Below, in pieces: positions 25,490 through 34,910 of a DNA stretch of 64,000 nt. The DNA lies in the IMG/VR virus record IMGVR_UViG_3300027282_000088, positions 18,420 through 82,419 of that record; one strand, given 5' to 3'. The notes under the pieces were generated by a model. The model did no database searches, had not been told where the DNA came from, and was given only the letters and a program-made list of their open reading frames with translations. The first letter of the stretch is position 1; every line of letters starts with the position of its first letter. The stretch comes from a virus. Its lineage: Duplodnaviria; Caudoviricetes. The translations under genes and the position numbers were made by a program.

Positions 25490-26354
25490 AATGCGCCTGA
25501 TCGAGACACGGGAGATGGCTGTTGCTGAAATCGTCATAGAGGACCGGCTGCGTCCTGTAGACGAGGTTGGTATCTCGGCCATCCTCATGACAATCGACGA
25601 AGGTGGCTCTACCACCGATCCGATTGATGTGCGCCGCGTACGACGCAAAGGCACCGTAGTCTATCGCCTTATTGACGGCGCGCATCGGATTGAGGTCGCA
25701 AAGCGGCTCGGGAACGTCACGATCCTTGCGTCTGTCTACGACGGGACGGACGCCGATGCCCGCCTTATGGAGATCGAGCGCAATCTGGCCCGTGCTGAGA
25801 TGAAGCCGATAGATCGCGCGGTCTTTCTGCTGGAGTACAAAGAGGCGTACGAAAAGAAGCACCCCGAAGCCCGCGCGGCGATTGGTGAGGCTCTTGTTGC
25901 CAAGCGGTGGGATACGACGGGCACGATGCCCGTCGTATCTTTCGCCGTGAAAGTCGGGCAAATGACGGGACAGGATGAGAGCACGGTTCGGCGTCAGATC
26001 AGGGCTGTGAAGGCTCTGGAGGCGGATGAAGTTCGTGCAATCCAGTTGGCACCCCAATACCTCGGATACAAGGATATAGCAGAAATCGGCAAGATTTCTG
26101 ATCCTGGAGAACGTAGCGAAGTCATGAAGGCGCTCTCTTCCGGGGAGGCAAAGACAGTCAACGCTGCCCGTAAGGCTTACCGTGTTGCACGGGGCGAAGC
26201 CCCGGCCCCGGCAAGTCCCAAGGACGCAACCCTGTCACGCCTCTTGGACGCATGGGACCGCGCGGGCAAGCGCGAGCGCATGGCGTTTCTGGAGGAGCGC
26301 GGCGCGGAGGTTGCGACGCTGTTCGGGGAACTTGACCAAGGGGATGCAGCATGA
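25482..26354 (+). CDS. ParB N-terminal domain protein with HTH
   Basis: DRLRPVD, YRLIDGAHR, EI.RNL.RAE motifs. Confidence 0.8.
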   Translation: MSEMRLIETREMAVAEIVIEDRLRPVDEVGISAILMTIDEGGSTTDPIDVRRVRRKGTVVYRLIDGAHRIEVAKRLGNVTILASVYDGTDADARLMEIERNLARAEMKPIDRAVFLLEYKEAYEKKHPEARAAIGEALVAKRWDTTGTMPVVSFAVKVGQMTGQDESTVRRQIRAVKALEADEVRAIQLAPQYLGYKDIAEIGKISDPGERSEVMKALSSGEAKTVNAARKAYRVARGEAPAPASPKDATLSRLLDAWDRAGKRERMAFLEERGAEVATLFGELDQGDAA

Positions 26355-28477
26355 CAGGCCCGGCCCCTGCGCAGGAATGGTGGAGCGCGGCAGAGCTGGC
26401 GGAGGCCGGGCTTCCGGATCTCCCGAGCACAAAGCGCAAGATCAACGAACTGGCACAGCGTGATGGCTGGGCGCGACACGCGGGGAAGGCCCGGCGGCGC
26501 AAGGGGGTAGGCGGCGGCATCGAATATCACTGGAGCGTTCTGCCATTGCGCGCCCGCATGCGGCTAAGTTCCAGCCTGGTCAAAACCGCACCCGTTCAGC
26601 AGGGGCAAGACGCGGCATGGGATCGATATGCGGCGGCGGGTGACAAGGCCCGCGCTGAAGCCGAGGCGCGGCTGGCAGCCATCGCCGAGGTCGAGTTACT
26701 GGAAGGGGCCGGGCTGACACGGTCGGCGGCGGTGCGGGAGGTCGCACGCAAGTCGGGACGCGCCGAGAAATCGCTCTGGAATTATCTCTCGCACATCGAG
26801 GGCGTCGCACGCGCCGACCGGCTGGCCTATCTGATCGACGGGCGGGCGTTGCGGCGGGCACAAGGATCCCGACTGGATACAGACCCGGCCTTTCTGGCGC
26901 TCGTGCGCAGTGACTGGCTGCGCCCGTCCCAGCCCTCTCTCACAAGCTGCTATGACCGTGCAGTGCGCGTCTGGACGTCCGAGCGACGCAACAGTGTCGT
27001 GCCGCCGCTGCATCAGGTGCGGCGCTGGCTCAAGTCCAGCGTATCGGCCCCCACTGAAATCTACTTGCGCAGGGGCGAAGAGGCATTGCGCCGCCTCTAT
27101 CCCGCGCAGGTCCGCAGCAAGGCATTCATGACCCCGCTCGAATGCGTGCAGGGCGACTATCACAAGTTCGACGTCTTCGTGGACTGGCCCGGCTACGACA
27201 AGCCCGTGCGCCCGCAGATGATGGTCTGGTCGGACGTCTATTCCGGCAAACTCTTGGCGTGGCGACTATCCCCGACGGCCAACAGCCACACCGTGCAGCT
27301 GGTGACCGGCGATCTGATCCGGACCTATGGCATCCCGCAGTCGGTTCTGATCGACAACGGCCGGGAATTCGCCGCCAAGGCGATGACGGGCGGCACGCCG
27401 ACCCGGTTTCGGTTCAAGATCACCGACGAAGATATCCCCGGCCTCCTTCCGCTCCTAGGTGTCGAAATCCATTGGGCCACGCCCTATTCGGGGCAATCCA
27501 AGCCCATCGAGCGCGCGTTTCGCGATCTCTGCGACCGGGTGGCCAAGCACCCGGCCTTTGACGGGGCCTATACCGGCAACAGACCGGAAGCCAAACCGGA
27601 GGACTATGGCTCCCGCGCCGTCCCGCTCGACGAGTTCCGCCTCGTATTGGAGGATGAGCTCGAGCATCACAACGCCCGGCCCGGGCGGCGCAGTGAAGTG
27701 GCCATGGGACGCTCGTTCAATGAGGTGTTCAACGCGGGCTATGCCAAGGCGACAGTCAAGCGCGCGACGGACGAACAGCTGCGCATGTGGCTCCTGCGCG
27801 CCGAGGGCGTGCGGGCCAAGACCGGAAACGGCGCGCTGAAGCTCTATGACACGGAATACTGGTCAGAGTGGATGTACCGGATCGCAGGCGAAAAGGTGGT
27901 TGCGCGGTTCGACGCGGATGATTTGGGAGCCGGGCTCGAGGTCTATGATCTCACGGGCCGCTATTTGGGCCATGCCGCCTGTCTCGAGGCCGCCAAATTC
28001 ATCGACGTCGAAGCCGCACGCGACCATGCGCGCAAGCGCGGGGCGTGGGCGAAGGCACAGAAGGCCGAGGCCAAGGCTGCGCGCGAGTTGACGGCAGCCG
28101 AGGTGGCAGCGCGGGTGCGTGCGGCCTCTGGCCTCGCAGCCAGTGAACCCTTGCCAGAAGCGCAAGTTCATCAGCTGGTGACGCCGCACGCCGCCGCACC
28201 CAAGCGGCGTCGGCGCGCTCAAAGTGCCGAGGAGGTCGAGCATCTGGCCGAGATCGAGGCCCGCGTGATGCGGCTTGAGGAGCACCGCGTGCGGCCCGCC
28301 GAGCCCGCCGACGACGATCCCGAAATCATGTTCGCCCGCGCCCGCGTCCTTGAGCGCGCACAGGCGGACGGAGAGGCGCTGACACAGGCGCAGGCCGACT
28401 GGCTGGCCGACTATCAGCAGAGTTCAGACTATCGCGCCAAACTACGCATGGCGCGTCTCTTTGGCACCCAAGAATAA
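26351..28477 (+). CDS. Mu-type DDE transposase (MuA-like)
   Basis: N-terminal Mu HTH (WWSAAELA...GGG.EYH); DDE residues in GDYHKFD, IDNGREF, KPIERAF. Confidence 0.95.
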   Translation: MTGPAPAQEWWSAAELAEAGLPDLPSTKRKINELAQRDGWARHAGKARRRKGVGGGIEYHWSVLPLRARMRLSSSLVKTAPVQQGQDAAWDRYAAAGDKARAEAEARLAAIAEVELLEGAGLTRSAAVREVARKSGRAEKSLWNYLSHIEGVARADRLAYLIDGRALRRAQGSRLDTDPAFLALVRSDWLRPSQPSLTSCYDRAVRVWTSERRNSVVPPLHQVRRWLKSSVSAPTEIYLRRGEEALRRLYPAQVRSKAFMTPLECVQGDYHKFDVFVDWPGYDKPVRPQMMVWSDVYSGKLLAWRLSPTANSHTVQLVTGDLIRTYGIPQSVLIDNGREFAAKAMTGGTPTRFRFKITDEDIPGLLPLLGVEIHWATPYSGQSKPIERAFRDLCDRVAKHPAFDGAYTGNRPEAKPEDYGSRAVPLDEFRLVLEDELEHHNARPGRRSEVAMGRSFNEVFNAGYAKATVKRATDEQLRMWLLRAEGVRAKTGNGALKLYDTEYWSEWMYRIAGEKVVARFDADDLGAGLEVYDLTGRYLGHAACLEAAKFIDVEAARDHARKRGAWAKAQKAEAKAARELTAAEVAARVRAASGLAASEPLPEAQVHQLVTPHAAAPKRRRRAQSAEEVEHLAEIEARVMRLEEHRVRPAEPADDDPEIMFARARVLERAQADGEALTQAQADWLADYQQSSDYRAKLRMARLFGTQE

Positions 28478-28495
28478 GAAGAAAAGGAGAGCAGA

Positions 28496-29293
28496 ATGAC
28501 ACCCTCTATTGCGCCCCTGCGGAATGTCGCGGCGCTGATTGGCCTGGTCGAACGAGTTCAGACCCGCGCCTTTGGTCTGCCCGGCATGGCCACGTTCTAC
28601 GGCCCCTCCGGCTGGGGCAAGACTACCGCCGTGACGGTCGCGGCCAACGAGTATCAGGCCCATGTTGTCCAGGTCAAAGACTGCTGGACACCGACGTATT
28701 TCGCGCAGGCAGTTTTGCGGGAGATTGGCCTTACGCCGGTGCGCGGCGTGCCCGCGATGGTGGACGCCATCGGCGCGCAGCTCGCCCGGACCGACCGGCC
28801 GCTCATCATCGATGACGCGCAATATCTCCTGCGCAAGCGGATGATCGAGCTTGCCCGCGACATCTACGAGAGCAGTCAGGCCCCGATTATTCTGGTCGGT
28901 GAGGAAAAGTTGCCGCAGGATTTGACCCGCTGGGAGAACATTCACAACCGGCAACTTGCATGGGAGCCCGCTCTTGCCTGCAATATCAGCGACGCGCAGA
29001 AGCTGGCCTCGATCTATGCGGCCGGCATCGACGTCGCGGACGATCTTCTGACCTCCATCGTTGACGCCTCGGGCGGCTCGATCCGTCGCGTGGCGATCAA
29101 CCTCGCACGTGCCAAGGAACTCGCCCACGGGCGGGGTCGCCGGTTGGCGGATCTTGATCTATGGGGCAACCGGGTCTTCGAGACAGGCCAGCCTCCGGCA
29201 GTACGTCGCGTCGATGATTTCCGCCCGGCGGCGGCGCGTGGTCCGGATACGGTCGTGCCGCTTGGGCCGGGCGGAAAGGCGGTGCGCGCATGA
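28496..29293 (+). CDS. MuB-like AAA+ ATPase
   Basis: Walker A GPSGWGKT; Walker B LIIDDA; follows the transposase. Confidence 0.9.
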   Translation: MTPSIAPLRNVAALIGLVERVQTRAFGLPGMATFYGPSGWGKTTAVTVAANEYQAHVVQVKDCWTPTYFAQAVLREIGLTPVRGVPAMVDAIGAQLARTDRPLIIDDAQYLLRKRMIELARDIYESSQAPIILVGEEKLPQDLTRWENIHNRQLAWEPALACNISDAQKLASIYAAGIDVADDLLTSIVDASGGSIRRVAINLARAKELAHGRGRRLADLDLWGNRVFETGQPPAVRRVDDFRPAAARGPDTVVPLGPGGKAVRA

Positions 29294-29820
29294 GCGACCT
29301 CTTTGCGCAGATGTGGGCAGAGGTGAAAGGCCTCGAGGAGTTCGACTGGGCCGAGGTGGCCCGGCGCGGGTGCAGCCGCGAGACCGCCGTCCGCTATATC
29401 CGCCACTGGATGGACGCAGGCCAGATCCGCGTGACGCGGATCGCGCGTAATGGCAAGCGCTGGTATGCCCCGGCCCATATGCCCCAGCCCGGCCCACAGC
29501 CGGTTACAGGCGAGGCCACGCCCGAGGGCAACATGTGGCGGGCCATGCGCCATCTGCGCCATTTCAACCCGACCGATGTGGCGGCCCATGCCAATGCCGG
29601 GGGCGTCGAGGTCACTGTCGAGAAGGCCCGTGCCTATTGCCGCCAGCTACTGGCCTCCAACCACCTGAAGGTACGCCAGACGGCCATCCCCGGCCGTCGT
29701 GAGGCGCTCTACCAGATAATCGAGGATACTGGCCCACGTGCCCCCAAGCCCGTGCGATTGGCGGGCATCCTTGATCCCAACACGGGCGATTTCAGCCCGG
29801 CGAAAGGCGGTGCGGCATGA
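29290..29820 (+). CDS. hypothetical DNA-binding protein
   Basis: Two wHTH-like repeats; NMWRAMR.L..F motif seen after MuB in Mu-like phages. Confidence 0.65.
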   Translation: MSDLFAQMWAEVKGLEEFDWAEVARRGCSRETAVRYIRHWMDAGQIRVTRIARNGKRWYAPAHMPQPGPQPVTGEATPEGNMWRAMRHLRHFNPTDVAAHANAGGVEVTVEKARAYCRQLLASNHLKVRQTAIPGRREALYQIIEDTGPRAPKPVRLAGILDPNTGDFSPAKGGAA

Positions 29821-30191
29821 GCGCGCTGGACACCGCCCGCGAGTTCTGGGGCGAGGCCTTGCCCGACTGGGTGGCCGCTCTGGCCGAGGCCTGCGACCGG
29901 GATAGCCAGAACAAGGTGGCGCGGCGGATGGAGCGCAGTGCGTCGCTGGTCTCGAGCATCCTGCGCAACCGCTATCAGGCGGATACGAGCCTCGTTGAGG
30001 ATCTCGTGCGCGGGCATTTCATGAAGGCGACCGTTGCCTGCCCCGTCCAGGGCGAAATCGGGCTACAGGTCTGCCGCAAATGGCGCGGCAAGGCGCGTCA
30101 TTTCGAGAACGTCAACTCGCAGACCGTCACTATGTACCGCGCCTGCAACCGGTGCCCGGTCCACATGGGGGACGACGATGCAGAAGCATAG
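29817..30191 (+). CDS. HTH regulator with C-terminal Cys motif
   Basis: SQNKVARRM.RS.S.VS.IL..RY; CP..G...C...C..CP. Confidence 0.65.
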   Translation: MSALDTAREFWGEALPDWVAALAEACDRDSQNKVARRMERSASLVSSILRNRYQADTSLVEDLVRGHFMKATVACPVQGEIGLQVCRKWRGKARHFENVNSQTVTMYRACNRCPVHMGDDDAEA

Positions 30192-30525
30192 CCTCCTTCT
30201 TCCGGCGATGCTGGACATGGCGCGGCGTGGCAAGCGCCCCTGCGAGATCGCCGAGTTGACCGGCATGTCCCCCAATGCCGTCTCGTGTCGACTGAGCTAC
30301 TGGCGCAAGCGCGGCGTGAACGTGGCACCCGCCCGTTCCGGCCCCCTGCCCGCACGCCGCAAGATTTGCGCCACGGGCGTGGCCGAGGATTTGCGCGACC
30401 TGCTCAAGGTGCACGCCGATCTGCGCGGCGTGACCGTGGGCGTGCTGGCGCGCGACATCCTCGACCGCGCCGCACGCGACAATCTGATCGACGCCGTTCT
30501 CGACGACAAGGAGACCGACGCATGA
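30178..30525 (+). CDS. HTH/ribbon-helix-helix-like protein
   Basis: EIAELTGMSPNAVS; A..RG.TV..LAR.IL. Confidence 0.55.
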   Translation: MQKHSLLLPAMLDMARRGKRPCEIAELTGMSPNAVSCRLSYWRKRGVNVAPARSGPLPARRKICATGVAEDLRDLLKVHADLRGVTVGVLARDILDRAARDNLIDAVLDDKETDA

Positions 30526-30722
30526 ACGCCCCCGAACTCAACCGCTGGAGCCCCGACGAGATGCTGCGCCTTGCAGCCTCGGGAGTGGCCAAGGTGGACC
30601 TGCTTGGCCCGCGCGGCAGTACGCTCTGCTCGATGGACGAGATCGCCGCCATGGCCGCCGTCTGCGCGCTCCACGGCGTGGGTCCAAGCCTCCTTTCAAC
30701 ACCCCCTTCAACAGGAGAGTAA
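30522..30722 (+). CDS. hypothetical protein
   Basis: AAGGAG RBS; coupled. Confidence 0.5.
   Translation: MNAPELNRWSPDEMLRLAASGVAKVDLLGPRGSTLCSMDEIAAMAAVCALHGVGPSLLSTPPSTGE
30695..30713 (+). repeat. tandem 12 bp motif
   Basis: ttcaacaccccc-ttcaaca just before the DUF3164 RBS. Confidence 0.6.
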
Positions 30723-30723
30723 A

Positions 30724-31374
30724 ATGTCTGAATTCACCCCCCGCCCGGTGCCGTCGGGCATCATCGAGGAGAACGGCCGCCGCAAGATGGTCGACGCCAA
30801 GGGCCGCGAGGTGCCGCTCGATCTCGTGCGCGCGCAAGACCAGCTGATGGATGAGCAGGTGCGCAAGATCGCCGGATATGCGCTGGCGCTGAGTGACCAG
30901 CTCAAGCGCTTCAAGGAGCACACCTTCGACGACATCTCGGACTTCGAGGCGATCCTCGCGCAAGAGTACGATACGACCGTGGGCGGGGCCAAAGGCAACA
31001 AGACGCTGTCCACCTATGACGGGCTCTATCAGGTGCAGGTGCAGGTACAGGACCGCGTTGACTTCGGCCCCGAGTTGCAGATCGCCAAGGGCCTGATCGA
31101 CGAATGCCTCAATGAGTGGGCCGCCGACAGCCGCCCGGAAATTCAGGCCATCGTGACGCGCGCCTTCAACACCGACAAGGAAGGCCAGATCAACCGCGCC
31201 GAGATCTTCATGCTGCTGCGCCTCGACATCGCCGATGCCCGCTGGAACCGGGCGATGGACGCCATCCGCGACGCCATGCGCGTGGTTGGCAAGGCCACCT
31301 ATGTGCGCGTGAAGCACCGCCCCAACACCGAAGCGCCATGGCAGACCGTGGTTCTCGATCTGGCGAAGGTGTGA
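30724..31374 (+). CDS. DUF3164 family protein
   Basis: DAKG..VP...V...D.L.D, GG.KGN.TL..YDG, FGPELQIAK.LIDECL.EW motifs. Confidence 0.85.
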   Translation: MSEFTPRPVPSGIIEENGRRKMVDAKGREVPLDLVRAQDQLMDEQVRKIAGYALALSDQLKRFKEHTFDDISDFEAILAQEYDTTVGGAKGNKTLSTYDGLYQVQVQVQDRVDFGPELQIAKGLIDECLNEWAADSRPEIQAIVTRAFNTDKEGQINRAEIFMLLRLDIADARWNRAMDAIRDAMRVVGKATYVRVKHRPNTEAPWQTVVLDLAKV

Positions 31375-31378
31375 GGGT

Positions 31379-31567
31379 ATGAGCGCCGTTCTAATCATTG
31401 TGGCTGGGGTCGTCTTTCATCTGCTGGCGCTGATGGTCGCCGCATTGTGCGGCCAGCAGCTTGACAAGGGCGAGTTAGATAAGGCGAAGGCGACCTCCAT
31501 TGCCGCGCCATTTTTCAGCCTGCTGGGCACGGCACTCGTCGTCTTGGCTCTTCAGTCGAGGTTCTGA
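31379..31567 (+). CDS. small two-TM membrane protein
   Basis: Two hydrophobic segments. Confidence 0.55.
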   Translation: MSAVLIIVAGVVFHLLALMVAALCGQQLDKGELDKAKATSIAAPFFSLLGTALVVLALQSRF

Positions 31568-31570
31568 GAG

Positions 31571-31810
31571 ATGGACGACACCGTCAACAAGCTGCTTGCG
31601 GCAGCGGAACAAACCTCCAGCGCGTCCTTCGATTTGATCGAGGCCGCGCGCGAGGGCAAGATTTGCCCGGTCGGGAATATCAGGGGCGGCGACACCCTCG
31701 CGATTTTGGCCGACGCGATGCGGCTCCTGATCGAGGTGATGCCCGGCGAGGATGAAGACCGCGACCAGTTGCTCGGCGCGGTCACCCGTTACTTGGAGAG
31801 TTCGCTATGA
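31571..31810 (+). CDS. hypothetical protein
   Basis: Coupled ORF. Confidence 0.55.
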   Translation: MDDTVNKLLAAAEQTSSASFDLIEAAREGKICPVGNIRGGDTLAILADAMRLLIEVMPGEDEDRDQLLGAVTRYLESSL

Positions 31811-32013
31811 GCCGTCCGAGCTATGAGCCTTTTACCGAGGAATGCCGCAACCCGGGCAGGGACGACAATTGGACCTGCCCGGGTTGCTATCACGATTTGG
31901 GAGACGTCAGCTGGGGCACCCATACCTGCCCTGAGTGCGAGCGCCGGATCGTGTGTTCAATCGAGGTGGAACCGGTCTGCGTCGCGACGTTGGCCAGCAC
32001 AATAGAGGAATGA
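31807..32013 (+). CDS. small Zn-ribbon protein
   Basis: CPGC...CPEC. Confidence 0.55.
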   Translation: MSRPSYEPFTEECRNPGRDDNWTCPGCYHDLGDVSWGTHTCPECERRIVCSIEVEPVCVATLASTIEE

Positions 32014-32016
32014 GCA

Positions 32017-32277
32017 ATGACTTCTCAGGATGATAACTATCGGGTGACTGCAGAAGAGCTGCGCCAGTTCATCGAACGGTGGGAGCAGCTTGAATCTGAG
32101 AAGAAGGACCTCACGGAGCATCAAAAGGAGCTGATGGCAGAGGCCAAAGGGCGCGGTTACGACACCGCCGTGATGCGCAAGATCATCGCCCTGCGCAAGC
32201 GTGACATCAACGACGTCGCCGAGGAACAGGCGGTTCTCGAGATGTACGCGCAAGCGCTCGGGATGACACTGGCATGA
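32017..32277 (+). CDS. gapR: GapR-like nucleoid-associated protein (DUF2312)
   Basis: A.ELRQFIER.E.LE.EKK......KE..AEAKGRGYD...MRKII.LRK.D...EE.AVLE.Y..ALGM. Confidence 0.85.
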   Translation: MTSQDDNYRVTAEELRQFIERWEQLESEKKDLTEHQKELMAEAKGRGYDTAVMRKIIALRKRDINDVAEEQAVLEMYAQALGMTLA

Positions 32278-32726
32278 ACCGCGCGCTGCAACAGCTGATC
32301 TTCGTGGCCTGCCGCCAGTTGGGCCTCGACGACGAAGCCCGCCGCGACTTGCAGGTCAGCGTCACCGGCAAGGCGTCTTTGCGCGACATGAACGACGGCG
32401 AGTTGAAGCTGATCGTCAACCGGCTGAAGCAGGCCGGGTTCGAGGATCGTCCCCGCAACCCGCGCCACAAGCCCGCACCGCGTGCCGATCTGCGCATGAT
32501 CCACGTCCTCTGGCGCAAGCTCGGACAGTCCGGCGCGCTGCGCGACCCCTCCCGCGCCGGGCTCAACAAGTTCATCCGGGCGCGGTTCGGGAGCGTCTGG
32601 GGATCGGTCCCGGCTGATGTCGACATGCTGCGCGCGTGGGAACAGATCGACGCCGTCATTCAGGCCCTCAAAACGTGGGGCCAGCGGCAGAACATCGACT
32701 TCGATTGGGAGGACCACCGCCGGTGA
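32274..32726 (+). CDS. gemA: GemA-like regulatory protein (DUF1018)
   Basis: I.VA.RQLGLDDE.RR......TGK.SLR.M...EL; Mu middle region. Confidence 0.8.
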   Translation: MNRALQQLIFVACRQLGLDDEARRDLQVSVTGKASLRDMNDGELKLIVNRLKQAGFEDRPRNPRHKPAPRADLRMIHVLWRKLGQSGALRDPSRAGLNKFIRARFGSVWGSVPADVDMLRAWEQIDAVIQALKTWGQRQNIDFDWEDHRR

Positions 32727-32974
32727 AAAAGCCACGCCACCCCGCCTCTGTCCATGCCGTGATCCGCTATCTCGAGCGGGTCAAAGGCGTGGATATCGAC
32801 GCGCTCCGCCGCGAGATCGGGCGCGTTGTGGAGGAGGGCCTCGAGGCCGGTGCCTGCGGCGTGATCAGTGGCGGGTTCGTCTACAGGATCGAGGGCGGTT
32901 GCGTTGTGACCGTCACACGGCAGAACACGCCGCCTCCGGGGCGGCGGCGCAGGAAGGTGCCCCATGGAGAATGA
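32723..32974 (+). CDS. hypothetical protein
   Basis: S.HAV.RYLERV.G.D...LRREI motif. Confidence 0.6.
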   Translation: MKKPRHPASVHAVIRYLERVKGVDIDALRREIGRVVEEGLEAGACGVISGGFVYRIEGGCVVTVTRQNTPPPGRRRRKVPHGE

Positions 32975-33353
32975 ACCTCTCTGGGTCGACGAGATGCGCG
33001 CCGATCTGGGCGATGCCCCGGTCGAGCGTTTCTTGCTCCGTGCAGGCGGCATGCGCCTCTATGTGCCCGGGACGCCAAAGACCAAAAGCCAGCTGACGGC
33101 GCTCGGAGGGCCGGATATTGCCAGATGGATTTCCGACCGCTACGCTGGTGACTACGTGGACGTGCCCTCCATCCGGGCGCAGACCCGAGACGGTCTGAGA
33201 CAGGCCCTGCGCGACGCCCCGGACACGCCGGTCAATGAACTGGCCAACCGTTTCGGCGTGACCGCCCGCCGTGTTTTGCAGGTCAAGGCGGAGTTGGCAC
33301 AGGAGGAAGAGCCCCCTCTTCTGGCCGTCATGCGAAGGGCTTCATCTGAATAA
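32964..33353 (+). CDS. Mor/C-like late transcription activator
   Basis: GG.RLYVP...RY.GDYVDVP...ELA.RFGVT.RRV; just before the lysis genes. Confidence 0.7.
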   Translation: MENEPLWVDEMRADLGDAPVERFLLRAGGMRLYVPGTPKTKSQLTALGGPDIARWISDRYAGDYVDVPSIRAQTRDGLRQALRDAPDTPVNELANRFGVTARRVLQVKAELAQEEEPPLLAVMRRASSE

Positions 33354-33375
33354 GCAGCGGCACCCCCTTTATCCT
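33333..33375 (+). promoter_or_regulatory. putative late promoter of the lysis operon
   Basis: CGAAG-GG-CTTCATCTGA with TATCCT 37 nt downstream; overlaps a CCCCCTTT/AAAGGGGG hairpin (33363-33389). Confidence 0.65.
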
Positions 33376-33394
33376 GACGGGAAAGGGGGCACCC

Positions 33395-34006
33395 ATGCAA
33401 ACAGTCCGAACCATTGCCGAAGAGATTGTCGCCCGTGAGGGCGGCTATGTGAATGACCCCGCCGACCCCGGCGGGGCGACCAATTTTGGCGTCACGATCC
33501 ACACCATGCGCAGCCTCGGCCTTGATCTCGACCGGGACGGCGACGTGGACGTGGCCGATGTGCGCCTCATGACCCACGCCCGCGCCGTCGATATCTTCAT
33601 CGAGCATTACTTCGTGCGGCCGCGCATCGCGGACCTTCCCGAAGTGCTGCACGCAAGCGTCTTCGACATGCAGGTCAATGCCGGGTCCAACGCCGTGAAA
33701 ATCCTGCAGCGCCTTGCAACGGAGATGGGCTTTGCGGCGACGGCGGATGGCGCAATCGGTCCGGCCACCCTGCGCGCGGTGCGCGCCGCTCATGACGCGG
33801 CCCCAGATCACATCGCAGACGCCTACGCTGTCGCGCGGCGCAATTACTATTTCCGCCTCGCCGATGCGCGGCCCGCAAGCCGCAAGTTCGCGCGCTCCCG
33901 CGCTGGCGGCAAAGGCGGCTGGATCAGGCGCGCCGAGGAATTCATGTCGGCGCGCTACCGGATGACGGACGCGCAATTCAAGCAAAGGACAGCATCATGG
34001 GGTTAA
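33395..34006 (+). CDS. endolysin, glycoside hydrolase family 108 with peptidoglycan-binding domain
   Basis: EGGYVNDPADPGGATNFGVT; LQR......ADG.IGPATL. Confidence 0.9.
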   Translation: MQTVRTIAEEIVAREGGYVNDPADPGGATNFGVTIHTMRSLGLDLDRDGDVDVADVRLMTHARAVDIFIEHYFVRPRIADLPEVLHASVFDMQVNAGSNAVKILQRLATEMGFAATADGAIGPATLRAVRAAHDAAPDHIADAYAVARRNYYFRLADARPASRKFARSRAGGKGGWIRRAEEFMSARYRMTDAQFKQRTASWG

Positions 34007-34569
34007 TCCGATTTCTGGGCGCGCTGTTTGGCGGCGGCCGCAATGTCATCGCCGAGACGGCAGAAGTTTTTAGGCCCAATGCCGAAAAGGCGGACGCAAG
34101 GGAGGCGTCGTTTCAGCAGGCGGCGCTGAGCCAGATGGCGGCCGAGTTCACCGGCGGACAAGGCGCGTGGGGCCAGTTTGTAGACGGTCTGAACCGCCTG
34201 CCGCGCCCGGCCATGGCCTTTGGCTGCATTTTTCTCTTCTGGTCTGCCATGTCGGACCCGATCTGGTTTGCGGAGCGGATGACCGGCCTCGCCCTTGTGC
34301 CCGAACCGCTCTGGGCGCTGATGGGGGCCATTGTTGCCTTCTACTTCGGCGCGCGCGAGCTTCACAAGTTCCGGGGTGTCTCGATGCAGAAGGAAGCCGC
34401 CAGGATCATCACGCAGGCACCTAAGGTGGCGAGCAACATCGCCCAATTGCGGGCGCTGCGTCACGATAGTCCTGGAGCAGCCGATACCGGTCCAGATGCT
34501 GAAGTCGCGTTGGCTTCAATCGAAGTGACGGACAATCCGGCAATTGATGACTGGAAGCGCGCGGCATGA
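33997..34569 (+). CDS. holin (GTA-release 3TM-like family)
   Basis: DGLNRLPRP, TM segments, FYFGARE. Confidence 0.75.
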   Translation: MGLIRFLGALFGGGRNVIAETAEVFRPNAEKADAREASFQQAALSQMAAEFTGGQGAWGQFVDGLNRLPRPAMAFGCIFLFWSAMSDPIWFAERMTGLALVPEPLWALMGAIVAFYFGARELHKFRGVSMQKEAARIITQAPKVASNIAQLRALRHDSPGAADTGPDAEVALASIEVTDNPAIDDWKRAA

Positions 34570-34910
34570 TGGATTGGGATATCTTCTGGAAGGCGACCGG
34601 CGTCATTTTCCCGATGCTGGTAGCTTTCTACACCTTCGTCGCCACGCGCCGCAAAGATCTCGACAAGGACCTGAAGGACGGGCGCGACCGCATGGACAGG
34701 CACGAAAGCCGGATCTCGCGGATTGAGCAGACGATCTCCAGCATGCCGGGCCGGGATGACATGCACGCGCTGCAGCTCGAACTGGTCAAGCAGACCGGAG
34801 CAATGGAGAAAATGGCAGCCGTGATGGAAGGCAACGCAAAAATCACTGAGCGGCTGGAGATCATCGTCACACGCCACGAACAACACCTGCTCGATGGAGG
34901 CAAGAAGTGA
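34566..34910 (+). CDS. DUF2730-like protein (Mu gp25-like)
   Basis: N-terminal TM plus coiled coil, P.RDD.H.L. Confidence 0.65.
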   Translation: MMDWDIFWKATGVIFPMLVAFYTFVATRRKDLDKDLKDGRDRMDRHESRISRIEQTISSMPGRDDMHALQLELVKQTGAMEKMAAVMEGNAKITERLEIIVTRHEQHLLDGGKK

